Assembly: GCA_019429045.1 (NCBI GenBank)
Contig: JAHYJL010000001.1
Span: forward strand, 1,588-65,587
Reading direction: 5' to 3'
DNA from: Bacteroidales bacterium
GTDB lineage: Bacteria > Bacteroidota > Bacteroidia > Bacteroidales > JAGOPY01
DNA: 64,000 nucleotides
The notes below the pieces were generated by a model. The model was given only the letters and a program-made list of their open reading frames with translations. It made no database searches and had not been told where the DNA came from. The stretch's first letter is position 1. Every line of letters begins with the position of its first letter. Positions 20,844 to 30,884 of the stretch are shown here, in pieces. The position numbers and the translations under genes are program-made.

Positions 20844-22646
20844 TTGAAGATGAAGAAAAACGTTTCGCTGATACTACTGATCCATTTGCTGCTGTTTATT
20901 TCGGCCCCGATCGTGTTGGCCGTTAGAAATGCCCAGGTGCCCGATTCACTGCTTACCCGGGATGATTTCTACCTGGGCGTGGAAAATCCTGAAGATGATT
21001 CGCTCAAAGACAGGGGCCGGGTGCTGATCAATGATGCCAAACAGGCTGATGAGATCCTGAATGAGTCATTCGCCGCAGGCATGCTCGATAGCCTGACCAA
21101 TATCCCATTTTTCCAGGATTATTTTTTTACTACCGATACATCCCTGCTGAATATTTACAACTTCCCGATAGGGTACGTTCCGACTTACCCCGATTCCATT
21201 TACAGTGAAAGAATAGAAAAGCTGAACCGGGAAACGACCATGGATCTGACCTTCAACCAGACGGTCAAAAACTTTATCGACCTCTATGCCGTCAGAAAGC
21301 GGCAGCTGACCTCAAAAATGCTGGGATTAAAAGAGATCTATTTCCCGTTGTTTGAAGAATATCTCGATAAATACGACATCCCGCTGGAGATGAAATACCT
21401 GGCGGTAGTGGAATCGGCCCTGAACCCGACGGCGGGATCGCGCGCCGGGGCTAAAGGGCTCTGGCAATTCATGTATTATACCGGAAAACTTTACGGGCTG
21501 AAGGTAACCTCGCTCACCGACGACCGTTTTGATCCTTACCTTTCGACTGATGCGGCTTGCCGGCATATGAAAGATCTCTACAATATGTTCGGCGACTGGA
21601 ACCTGGTAATGGCAGCTTACAATTCCGGCGCCGGGAATGTGAACAAAGCGATCAGGCGAGCCGGTGGTGTCAGGGATTACTGGGCCATATGGCCGTTCCT
21701 GCCGCGCGAAACACGGGGGTATGTGCCGGCATTCATCGCGGTCACCTATGTGATGAACTACGCCACCGAACACAATCTCTATCCCCTGCACCCCGGTATT
21801 TTGTATGACGGTATTGATACAGTGATGGTTACCCAACCGCTGGCGTTCGACCAGGTATCCGAATATCTCAATATTCCCAAAGAAGAGGTAGCCTTTCTTA
21901 ATCCCATGTACAAATCGGGGATCATCCCTGCTTACGACGGGAAACGATTTAACCTGAGACTTCCGAAAGAGTATATCCTGACATTTGTTGAAAACGAACA
22001 GGCGATCTATGAATTTAAAAGTAAGAGCGGGTTACAAAAGGAAAAATTAATGACCGAGATCAAGGCAGCCACTGAAAGGCAATATCATATTGTCAGATCA
22101 GGTGAGAATCTTGGATTGATCGCAAGAAGATATAATGTCTCGGTCAGGCAACTCCAGCAATGGAATAATATGAAGGGGACCACTATCCATCCCGGCAAGC
22201 GGCTGGTCGTTTTTTCAGCATCCGGATACACGCCTTCTTCCTCAGCATCAGCATCCTCATCTTCAGGTTCCGCAGCTGCCAGCTCCTCGTCAGCCTCCCC
22301 CACAAGCACACATACCGTTAGGTCAGGCGAAAATCTTGCAGGTATTGCCAGGAGATACGGTTGCACGATAGATGATATTAAAAGATGGAACAATCTCAAA
22401 AGCAATACGATCTATGTAAACCAGAAGCTGAAAGTCTCGGATCAGGCAACAGCCGCTGCATCGGCAGGAACTTCAGGATCAGATGGACAATTCACCTATT
22501 ATACCGTCAAAAGAGGCGATACCCTTTGGGATATTGCCCAGCAATACAAAGGTGTTTCTGTTGAAGATATCAGAAGATGGAACAAGCTTGGAAACTCATC
22601 CAAATTACAGGTCGGGCAAAAATTAAAAATAGCCGCAAAAGGTTGA
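20844..22646 (+). CDS. Lytic transglycosylase with three LysM domains (MltD-like)
   Basis: SLT motif ...VVESALNP...GLWQF..., a Ser/Ala linker and repeated LysM units (HIVRSGENL..., HTVRSGENL..., YTVKRGDTL...). Confidence 0.85.
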   Translation: MKMKKNVSLILLIHLLLFISAPIVLAVRNAQVPDSLLTRDDFYLGVENPEDDSLKDRGRVLINDAKQADEILNESFAAGMLDSLTNIPFFQDYFFTTDTSLLNIYNFPIGYVPTYPDSIYSERIEKLNRETTMDLTFNQTVKNFIDLYAVRKRQLTSKMLGLKEIYFPLFEEYLDKYDIPLEMKYLAVVESALNPTAGSRAGAKGLWQFMYYTGKLYGLKVTSLTDDRFDPYLSTDAACRHMKDLYNMFGDWNLVMAAYNSGAGNVNKAIRRAGGVRDYWAIWPFLPRETRGYVPAFIAVTYVMNYATEHNLYPLHPGILYDGIDTVMVTQPLAFDQVSEYLNIPKEEVAFLNPMYKSGIIPAYDGKRFNLRLPKEYILTFVENEQAIYEFKSKSGLQKEKLMTEIKAATERQYHIVRSGENLGLIARRYNVSVRQLQQWNNMKGTTIHPGKRLVVFSASGYTPSSSASASSSSGSAAASSSSASPTSTHTVRSGENLAGIARRYGCTIDDIKRWNNLKSNTIYVNQKLKVSDQATAAASAGTSGSDGQFTYYTVKRGDTLWDIAQQYKGVSVEDIRRWNKLGNSSKLQVGQKLKIAAKG

Positions 22647-22662
22647 TATATATTAAAATACC

Positions 22663-23691
22663 ATGATTTACAAATTCACAAACCGGCTGCTTCTATTCCT
22701 GATAACAGCCTTGTTCCTCTTTGGGGCAGGCTCATGCACCCTAAGTGAATCGGGGATGCAGCGATCTTCAGGCTCGATCAATGAACTCCTGGTCGTTACC
22801 AACGATAAACCACAATGGGAAGGTGAACCGGGCGACACGATCCGGGAATTTTTCGGGGGTCCGACTATCGGATTATCCCAGCCCGAGCCGATGTTCGATA
22901 TACTGAACATTGCCCAGAAAAACCTGAACGACCTCTTTAAAAGATATCACAACATCTTTATTGTCGATATCAACCCGGACTTCACCCAGCCATTATCTGA
23001 AACCAGTAAAAATCTCTGGTCGGAGCCCCAGCGGGTCATCAAGGTAACAGCCCCCAGCCTTGCTTCATTCTATGAAGAATTTGAAAAAAATAAAGAGACT
23101 TTCCTGCAGCTTTTTATTCAGCTGGAGCGGGAAAGAACCCTGGCCATCAACCAGATGGCCACGAATATCCAGCTTGCAGGCACCCTGGAAAGGAAATTCA
23201 ACATCTTCCTTCCAATCCCCGGCGGGTTTTATCTCGCCAAAGAGGCCCCTGACTTTGCCTGGGTCAGGCACAAGATAACCAAAGTCAAACAGGACACTGA
23301 ACTCAGTATCCTGATCTATACCATGGATTACAAGGACACGATTGTTTTCAACCCCAGGCATATCATCCAGTGGCGTAATACGATCACGCTGGAGCATATT
23401 CCGGGGCCCTCCCCTTTATCATTCATGAAAGTGTCCGAAGCATATATTCCACCTGTTTTCAATGTAATCACCGATTTTCCCGGCGGCTATGCGGTGGAAA
23501 CTAGGGGACTGTGGGAAGTCGAAAACGATTTTATGGGCGGTTCGTTTATCAACTACACTTTTATTGACCAGGCCAATAACAAGGTCATCACCCTCGATGG
23601 GTATGTGTATAATCCCAATAACGATAAGAAGAATTACCTGCGGCAGCTGGAATCAATATTCTTTGCCTTGAAATTCAGCAAAGAAGAATAG
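22663..23691 (+). CDS. DUF4837 family lipoprotein
   Basis: 342 aa ORF with lipobox ...GAGSC. The family assignment comes from recollection of the sequence pattern. Confidence 0.55.
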   Translation: MIYKFTNRLLLFLITALFLFGAGSCTLSESGMQRSSGSINELLVVTNDKPQWEGEPGDTIREFFGGPTIGLSQPEPMFDILNIAQKNLNDLFKRYHNIFIVDINPDFTQPLSETSKNLWSEPQRVIKVTAPSLASFYEEFEKNKETFLQLFIQLERERTLAINQMATNIQLAGTLERKFNIFLPIPGGFYLAKEAPDFAWVRHKITKVKQDTELSILIYTMDYKDTIVFNPRHIIQWRNTITLEHIPGPSPLSFMKVSEAYIPPVFNVITDFPGGYAVETRGLWEVENDFMGGSFINYTFIDQANNKVITLDGYVYNPNNDKKNYLRQLESIFFALKFSKEE

Positions 23692-23694
23692 GGA

Positions 23695-24099
23695 CTATTT
23701 TTTCTCTTTCACGAAAACCGTTTTGATCCGGATTTCCGGATTCTCTTCGATATTGACCAGTTTCCCGTCTTCATAACGGCCCAGCAGGATGGTATCATAG
23801 GTGCCAGGGAAGATGATGTAAACAGATTTTTCATTTTTTACGTACAGCCATTCGCTTTCAAAAGTCGTAAAACCGGTGTAAACCCTGGCCGTTTTATCGG
23901 CCAGTAATTCGTAACTGATTGATTTCTGACTTCTCTTTGATGCCTCTACCAACTGCTCATCCAATTCATATTCCGATTCGAATTCCATGTCTTCAACAAC
24001 CCAAATCCCAGGTAATTTCTTTTCAACAGGGTTGGAACAACTGAATAAAACGACACCGGCACATATCGCCAGGATGGAAACCAATATTCGGCTTTTCAT
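23695..24099 (-). CDS. Hypothetical lipoprotein
   Basis: 134 aa ORF with signal peptide and lipobox (VLFSC). Confidence 0.5.
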   Translation of the reverse strand: MKSRILVSILAICAGVVLFSCSNPVEKKLPGIWVVEDMEFESEYELDEQLVEASKRSQKSISYELLADKTARVYTGFTTFESEWLYVKNEKSVYIIFPGTYDTILLGRYEDGKLVNIEENPEIRIKTVFVKEKK

Positions 24100-24248
24100 A
24101 GGATTGTCTTTAGGATAAGTGATGTTATCAATTAATAACTAAAATTCTTGACAAAATTAATGAAATTTCAACTGAAACTTGCGTAAATCAAACTTTGTAT
24201 TATTTTTGTCCAATTATTTAAACCATTTGGTTAAATTATTTGGTTAAT

Positions 24249-24860
24249 ATGAATCCGAATTATAACGAAACAGAGCTGCAAATCCTGGAAGCAGCCCGCA
24301 AAGTCTTTCTGCAATATGGTTTCGACGGAGCTACCACGCAGATGATTGCCACCGAGTCAGGGATCAATAAAGCCTTGCTGCATTATTATTTCCGGAGCAA
24401 AGACCGCCTGTTTGAAGCCGTTTTCATGGAGGCCTTCACCCGCATGATACCCAATCTTTTAAAAATCTTCACCGCCGAAATTGATTTTTTTGAAAAGATC
24501 AGGGCCTTTGTTGGCGCTTACATTGATGCGCTGTTGCAATATCCGCAAATCCCCTTGTTCGTCCTGCACGAACTGAAAAGAAACCCCGACCGCATCGTGC
24601 AGCTCATCAAATCATCAGGGATCAGGCCCGAATTCATCCTGGAAATGTTTCGCGGAGAGGTCGGGAAAGGCAACATCGCTCCCATTGATCCTTATCATTT
24701 ACTGGTGAATATGCTTTCACTCTGCATTTTCCCCTTCGCCGCCAAACCGATGATACAGGGATTTATTTTTCACAATGACGAGGCGGCCTTCCAGGAATTC
24801 CTTGTAAGCCGTAAAGAACAGGTTGCCGAATTCATCATAAAAGCCATCAAGCCATGTTAA
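24249..24860 (+). CDS. TetR/AcrR family transcriptional regulator
   Basis: N-terminal HTH ...GFDGATTQMIATESGINKALLHYYF.... The ATG at 24249 is preferred over the TTG at 24240. Confidence 0.85.
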   Translation: MNPNYNETELQILEAARKVFLQYGFDGATTQMIATESGINKALLHYYFRSKDRLFEAVFMEAFTRMIPNLLKIFTAEIDFFEKIRAFVGAYIDALLQYPQIPLFVLHELKRNPDRIVQLIKSSGIRPEFILEMFRGEVGKGNIAPIDPYHLLVNMLSLCIFPFAAKPMIQGFIFHNDEAAFQEFLVSRKEQVAEFIIKAIKPC

Positions 24861-26125
24861 AAAGAATCATGCCATTGCTGGTGAGCATTTTATTCATTCA
24901 TTCCTTACCAGCCCAGGAAAAAATATTGACCCTGGAGGAATGCCTGGAAAAATCAGCGTTGAATCACCCGGTGCGTGACCAGGCCGATTACCTGGCCGCT
25001 TCGGGAGCGATGAAGATACGTAACCTGAACCGGCATTATCTTCCTGAATTTACAATCAACGGGAATATTCATTATCAATCCGATGTGACGGAAGTGCCGA
25101 TACGCATCCCGCAATTTGAATTCGAGGCACTCTCCAAAGACTGGTATAAGATATCCCTGGATGCCAGCCAGGTGATTTGGGATGGTGGCATTACCCGCAG
25201 GTCAAAAGAGGTGGAAGAACTCGAAAACATGATCGGTTTGCAAAATGTAGGCATTGAGATATATCGTATGAGGGAGAGGGTCATCACCGCCTATTTCAAT
25301 ATCCTGGCCTTGCAGGAACAAAAAGCCTTGCTGGAGCTGCACCTGGAAACCCTGCAATCGAAACTTAATGAGGTGGAATCGGGCATAAGGCATGGCGCTG
25401 TTCTGGCATCAAATGCCGACATTTTGAAAGCTGAAATGTTGAAAATGGATCAGAAACTGGCAGAAAATGAATTAAATATAGTGTTAGCGTATAAAATCCT
25501 CTCCATTCTTACCAATGAAGAGATAACTGTGGATACTGACCTGGAAATGCCGGTTCAGGATACCTATATGACTGCCGGCGGGCAGGACCGGCTGGAATAC
25601 GGGCTGTTCAGCCTGCAGGAACAAAAGGCTGAATCCATGAAGAAGGTGGTTTCTTCCCGCCTGATGCCGCGGTTTATGGCATATGGCCAGGCAGGTTATG
25701 GGCGTCCGGGTTTTGATATGTTGAAGAATGAGTTCGATGATTTCTACATGATCGGCGCCAGGATGAGCTGGAATTTCTGGGACTGGAACAAGGGCCGGAA
25801 CGAAAAATCGATCCTGGATCTTAACAGGAATATTATTCAAAGCAACCGCGACCTCTTCAGCCAGAATATCTCCATTGAGTTGGAGAGAAAACAGGCTGAG
25901 GTACTCAGGTACCGGAAGCTGATCGAAAAAGACGAAGAAATCGCGGCATTGCGCGCCGGCATTGCCAAAACCTACGCTTCCCGCTTAGCCAACGGGGTCA
26001 TCACCGCCACAGAGTATATCACCGAACTGAACGCAGAAACAGAGGCGCTGCTCAATCTTAAGATCCACCAGGTTCAACTGGTGAAAGCGCAGTACGATTA
26101 CCTGGTAACAGCCGGAAAACTGTAA
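24854..26125 (+). CDS. TolC family outer-membrane efflux protein
   Basis: 423 aa ORF with a signal peptide and two coiled-coil/barrel repeats, placed as in an efflux operon. Confidence 0.8.
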   Translation: MLKRIMPLLVSILFIHSLPAQEKILTLEECLEKSALNHPVRDQADYLAASGAMKIRNLNRHYLPEFTINGNIHYQSDVTEVPIRIPQFEFEALSKDWYKISLDASQVIWDGGITRRSKEVEELENMIGLQNVGIEIYRMRERVITAYFNILALQEQKALLELHLETLQSKLNEVESGIRHGAVLASNADILKAEMLKMDQKLAENELNIVLAYKILSILTNEEITVDTDLEMPVQDTYMTAGGQDRLEYGLFSLQEQKAESMKKVVSSRLMPRFMAYGQAGYGRPGFDMLKNEFDDFYMIGARMSWNFWDWNKGRNEKSILDLNRNIIQSNRDLFSQNISIELERKQAEVLRYRKLIEKDEEIAALRAGIAKTYASRLANGVITATEYITELNAETEALLNLKIHQVQLVKAQYDYLVTAGKL

Positions 26126-26136
26126 ATCATCCAATT

Positions 26137-27027
26137 ATGAAAAAAATAATTATAATATCAGTGATCATCCTTCTTGGAATATCTTGTTCCAGGAATGAAA
26201 AATCGGATGCTTACGGCAACTTCGAAGCCATTGAGGTCATTGTATCTTCTGAAGCCAACGGGCGGATTTTGTTTCTTCATATGGAAGAAGGAATCCGGGT
26301 GAGTGTGGGCGATACCCTGGGGTTAGTGGATACAACAGACCTGGCGTTAAAAAAGGAACAGATCTACAGCCAGAAAAAGGTATTGCTGGCCCGTGCCAGG
26401 AGCATAGACGCCCAAATCCTTGTTCAGGAGCAGCAGAAAAAAAACCTGCTGGTTGACCTGGAAAGGGTGCAGAACCTGCTGAAAGACGGCGCGGCGACCC
26501 AAAAACAGCTTGACGACCTTACCGGCAGCCTCGGGTTGCTGAACCAGCAGATCGTCTCAACCAGGGTACAGAAAGAGAGTATTACAGCGGAGATGGCCAC
26601 CCTGGATATTCAGATCAGGCAGGTGGATGAGGCCTTGCGCAAGGCCTGGATCACCAGTCCGCTGGCGGGAACCATACTGGTGAAGTATACCGAAGCGGGA
26701 GAGATCACGGCCATGGGCAAGCCTGTCTGCAAGATCGCCAACCTGGATGCGCTGGAGCTGAAAGTCTATATCAGCGGCGACCAGTTGCCATATCTTTTCC
26801 TTGGGAATACGGTGGAAGTCCTCGTCGACCAGGATAAAAAGAACCTCGTCCGGCTGGAGGGCGTTGTCACCTGGATCAGTCCCAAAGCCGAATTCACCCC
26901 GAAAACCATACAGACGAAACGGGAACGGGTGAACCTGGTCTATGCCGCCAGGATCAGGGTTGTCAACGATGGCAGCCTGAAAATCGGCATGCCCGGGGAG
27001 ATCAACTTCATGCCTGACGGCAAATAA
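26137..27027 (+). CDS. HlyD family periplasmic adaptor
   Basis: 296 aa ORF with a lipoprotein-like N-terminus and a coiled-coil middle, in operon context. Confidence 0.8.
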   Translation: MKKIIIISVIILLGISCSRNEKSDAYGNFEAIEVIVSSEANGRILFLHMEEGIRVSVGDTLGLVDTTDLALKKEQIYSQKKVLLARARSIDAQILVQEQQKKNLLVDLERVQNLLKDGAATQKQLDDLTGSLGLLNQQIVSTRVQKESITAEMATLDIQIRQVDEALRKAWITSPLAGTILVKYTEAGEITAMGKPVCKIANLDALELKVYISGDQLPYLFLGNTVEVLVDQDKKNLVRLEGVVTWISPKAEFTPKTIQTKRERVNLVYAARIRVVNDGSLKIGMPGEINFMPDGK

Positions 27028-27039
27028 TACAGGCCTGCC

Positions 27040-28467
27040 GTGGAAATATCGGTTCATACTAACCAGCTCAGCAAATCATACAATGGCCGGAAAGCGCTTG
27101 ATGATATCAGCATTGGCATAAAAACAGGCGAATTGTTCGGTTTTATCGGCCCTGACGGAGCGGGGAAAAGCACGCTTTTCAGGATCCTGGCCACCCTGCT
27201 GCTCCCCGACCAGGGTCATGCGACAATTGAAGGCTTCGATACAGTCAGCGACTATAAGAAGATCCGCCGTATTATCGGTTACATGCCCGGCCGGTTCTCA
27301 CTTTACCAGGATCTTTCAGTGGAAGAAAACCTGAATTTTTTTGCCAGCATTTTCAAGGCTTCGGTTAAGGAGAACTATTACCTGATCCGCGACATCTACC
27401 GGCAGCTGGAACCTTTCAGAAACCGGCCTGCCGGGAAGTTGTCGGGTGGCATGAAGCAAAAGCTGGCGCTTTCATGCGCCCTGATCCACAAACCATCGGT
27501 GCTGATCCTCGATGAGCCGACCACTGGCGTCGATGCCGTCTCCCGGATCGAATTCTGGGATATGCTAAGCCGATTGAAGCATGAAGGCATCACCATCCTG
27601 GTTTCCACGCCATATATGGACGAAGCCGTCCGGTGCGACCGGGTGGCACTGATGCAGGAGGGAAAGGTCCTCATGACTGATGCTCCGGAAAACATAGCCC
27701 GCTCTTTTCCCCACCCGCTGCTGGCTGTTAAGTCGGAAATGACCGAAAAAGAACATATCATCGAGGTAAACAACCTGGTCAAGAAATTCGGCTCCTTTGT
27801 CGCCAACGACAACCTGAATTTTTTCGTGAAAAAGGGAGAGATTTTTGGGTTCCTGGGGGCAAACGGCGCAGGGAAGACTACGGCGATCAAAATACTTTGC
27901 GGGCTCTGGAAACCCACATCGGGAAAAATAACAGTAGCTGGCTTTGATGTGTACCATCAAACGGAAAAAATCAAGAAAAATATTGGCTATATGAGCCAGC
28001 GGTTTTCTCTCTATGAAGACATGACCATCGCTGAAAACTTTACATTTTACGGGGGAATTTACGGACTGCCGCGGAAAAGGATCAGGGAGAGGATGGCCTT
28101 TTTCCTGGAGAAACTGGGAATGAACGATTACAAAGACCGGATCATACAGTCGCTGCCACTGGGATGGAAACAAAAACTGGCTTTTTCCATTGCTATCATG
28201 CACGAGCCGGCCATCGTGTTCCTCGATGAACCGACCAGCGGGGTGGACCCTGTCACCCGCCGGCAGTTCTGGGATATGATCTACGAGGCGGCGCACGAGG
28301 GGATCACCGTGTTCATGACCACCCACTACATGAAAGAGGCGGAATATTGTGAAAGGGTTTCCATCATGGTCGATGGCCGGATAGCGGCCCTGGACACACC
28401 GGAGGGTCTAAAGTTAAAATTTGAGGCTGCTACGATGGAGGAGGTGTTTCTTAAGATTGCAGGATAA
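27040..28467 (+). CDS. ABC transporter ATP-binding protein (two fused NBDs)
   Basis: Two Walker A motifs (GPDGAGKST, GANGAGKTT), signature LSGGMKQK, and two Walker B motifs (LILDEPT, VFLDEPT). Confidence 0.9.
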   Translation: MEISVHTNQLSKSYNGRKALDDISIGIKTGELFGFIGPDGAGKSTLFRILATLLLPDQGHATIEGFDTVSDYKKIRRIIGYMPGRFSLYQDLSVEENLNFFASIFKASVKENYYLIRDIYRQLEPFRNRPAGKLSGGMKQKLALSCALIHKPSVLILDEPTTGVDAVSRIEFWDMLSRLKHEGITILVSTPYMDEAVRCDRVALMQEGKVLMTDAPENIARSFPHPLLAVKSEMTEKEHIIEVNNLVKKFGSFVANDNLNFFVKKGEIFGFLGANGAGKTTAIKILCGLWKPTSGKITVAGFDVYHQTEKIKKNIGYMSQRFSLYEDMTIAENFTFYGGIYGLPRKRIRERMAFFLEKLGMNDYKDRIIQSLPLGWKQKLAFSIAIMHEPAIVFLDEPTSGVDPVTRRQFWDMIYEAAHEGITVFMTTHYMKEAEYCERVSIMVDGRIAALDTPEGLKLKFEAATMEEVFLKIAG

Positions 28468-29567
28468 TGCGGGGATTTATCATCAAAGAATTCTACCACA
28501 TTTTCCGCGACGTACGGACGATGATCATCCTGTTCGGGATGCCGGTGGTCCAGATACTGTTGTTCGGGTTTGCCCTGACCAATGAGATCAAAAATGCCCG
28601 TATCGGCGTGCTGGACCATTCCAAAGATGTGGTTACACAGGGAATCATTTCCCGGATTACCGCTTCCGATTACTTTTTGCTGGAAGAAAACCTGGTGCAT
28701 GAAAGTGAGATAGAGGAAAATTTCCGGCGTGGAAAGGTCAAACAGGTCATCGTTTTTGAGGAAAATTTTGCCGAAAAGCTCATGCGGGATCAAAAAGCCG
28801 CGATACACATCATCGGTGACGCCTCCGATCCCAATACGGCCAGTCTGCTGGCCAATTACACCGAGGCGATCATCAGGGATTACCAGGCAGAAATGACCGG
28901 GATTCAGGCCGGCCAACAACCGGGGATCATCCCGGAACCACAGCTTCTGTACAACCCGGAGCTGAAAGGGGTGTTCATGTTCGTGCCTGGCATCATCACC
29001 GTGTTGCTGATGCTGGTTTGCGCCATGATGACCTCCATTTCCATTGCCCGCGAAAAAGAGCTGGGGACTATGGAAGTGCTGCTCGTTTCTCCCCTGAAAC
29101 CCATCCAGATCATTGCCGGGAAGGTCGTCCCTTACGTCCTGCTTTCCCTGATCAACGCTGCTACTATCGTGGCGCTAGGTTATTTTGTTTTCGGGGTACC
29201 CGTTCGTGGAAGCTTGCTTCTTCTCATGCTCGAGGCCTTGTTATTCATCCTGATGGCTTTGTCGTTGGGAATCCTGATCTCTACCATCAGCAAAAACCAG
29301 CAAATCGCCCTGATGATATCACTTGCCGGCCTGATGATGCCGGCAATCCTTCTCTCCGGTTTCATCTTCCCGGTTGAAAATATGCCGAAATTGCTGCAAT
29401 GGCTGAGCAACATCATCCCGGCCCGCTGGTTCATCGTCATAATTAAGAACATCATGCTGAAAGGTTCCGGCCTTCAGTATATCTGGAAGGAAACCCTGAT
29501 CATCATTACCATGCTGGTGATCCTCATCGGGTTAAGTGTGAAAAATTTCAAAGTAAGGCTGGAATAA
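28467..29567 (+). CDS. ABC-2 type permease
   Basis: 366 aa ORF with multiple TM segments, following the ATPase. Confidence 0.8.
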   Translation: MRGFIIKEFYHIFRDVRTMIILFGMPVVQILLFGFALTNEIKNARIGVLDHSKDVVTQGIISRITASDYFLLEENLVHESEIEENFRRGKVKQVIVFEENFAEKLMRDQKAAIHIIGDASDPNTASLLANYTEAIIRDYQAEMTGIQAGQQPGIIPEPQLLYNPELKGVFMFVPGIITVLLMLVCAMMTSISIAREKELGTMEVLLVSPLKPIQIIAGKVVPYVLLSLINAATIVALGYFVFGVPVRGSLLLLMLEALLFILMALSLGILISTISKNQQIALMISLAGLMMPAILLSGFIFPVENMPKLLQWLSNIIPARWFIVIIKNIMLKGSGLQYIWKETLIIITMLVILIGLSVKNFKVRLE

Positions 29568-29585
29568 TCGGGAAAGGCATTTATC

Positions 29586-30695
29586 ATGAGGACAATCGGC
29601 TATATCATACGAAAAGAATTTATCCAGCTCTTCCGGAACAAGGTCATGGTGAGGATCATTTTCATCATGCCCCTGCTTCAGATGCTGGTACTGGCCTATA
29701 CCGCCACTTTCGAGATAAGGCAGATACGCCTTCATGTGGCGGACCTGGACCGTTCAGGGACTTCCCGTGAATTGACCGGTCATTTTCAGGGCTCCCCTTT
29801 TTACAAGATAGTAAATTTTTCTAACGCCTACAAACTGGCCGAACAGGATATCATCGACAACAGCGCCCACCAGGTACTCATGATCCCCGCCGGATTTGAG
29901 AAAGAGCTTGTCACGACGGGTACGGCCAGGATACAGGTGGTGACAAACGCGATCGACGGCGCCGCGGCCGCCCTGATGAATGCCTATACGCTATCCGTTA
30001 TCCGTGACTTCAATATCAACCTGTTGGTGGAAACAAGCGGGGTCATTGTTGAGCAACCCATACAGACGACGTGGTCGTTCTGGTATAACCCTGAGCTGAA
30101 CTATATCAATTACATGGTGCCGGGCATCCTGGTGCTCCTGGTCACCCTCATCGGAATGCTTCTATCAGGAATGAACCTGGTCAGGGAAAAAGAGATCGGT
30201 ACGATCGAGCAGATCAACGTAACACCAATCCGCAAATACCAGTTCATCATCGGCAAACTCCTCCCCTTCTGGCTGGTGGCCCTGGCAGAACTCGCCTTTG
30301 GCCTTACACTCGCTAAAATGATCTTCAATATACCCATTCTCGGAAGCGTCGGCCTGATCTTTTTCTCCGCGGCCATTTTCCTGCTGGTAGCACTCGGACT
30401 CGGATTGCTCATTTCCACCAAAACCAACACCCAGCAACAGGCCATGTTCCTTTCGTGGTTCTTCCTTGTGGTTTTTATCCTGATGAGCGGTCTGTTCACT
30501 TCTGTTGAAAACATGCCAAAATGGGCACAAACCATAAATTATATCAATCCCATCGCTTATTTTATTGAAATTCTCCGGATGATCATGCTGAAAGGATCAG
30601 GTTTAACAGACATTTCCAGAAATCTTCTCGCCCTGACGATCTATGCAGTGGTTGCATTATCATTCGCTATCTGGCAATACAGAAAGATCATCTGA
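29586..30695 (+). CDS. ABC-2 type permease (paralogue)
   Basis: 369 aa ORF, similar in layout to the preceding permease. Confidence 0.8.
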   Translation: MRTIGYIIRKEFIQLFRNKVMVRIIFIMPLLQMLVLAYTATFEIRQIRLHVADLDRSGTSRELTGHFQGSPFYKIVNFSNAYKLAEQDIIDNSAHQVLMIPAGFEKELVTTGTARIQVVTNAIDGAAAALMNAYTLSVIRDFNINLLVETSGVIVEQPIQTTWSFWYNPELNYINYMVPGILVLLVTLIGMLLSGMNLVREKEIGTIEQINVTPIRKYQFIIGKLLPFWLVALAELAFGLTLAKMIFNIPILGSVGLIFFSAAIFLLVALGLGLLISTKTNTQQQAMFLSWFFLVVFILMSGLFTSVENMPKWAQTINYINPIAYFIEILRMIMLKGSGLTDISRNLLALTIYAVVALSFAIWQYRKII

Positions 30696-30884
30696 AAGAA
30701 TTATATTTGTAACTACCTGCTTCCGGGTCTTGACTTTTTTTATAAATTAATTACCTTTGATCTGATTTTGTGATTAAAAAAATTCTGGTCAGCCCAAAGT
30801 CTTAATTTTCATAATATCAACAATATATATTTTTGTCGCATATGTATGAAGCATTCTTTTTAACCACTAAACCAAGTGAATCAT

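Noticed and set aside
24221-24247. AACCA-TT-TGGTT dyad and an ATTTGGTTAA direct repeat at the TetR gene start as an operator
   Set aside because: The motifs are short, A/T-rich and overlap the start codon. They are plausible but not distinguishable from chance by eye.
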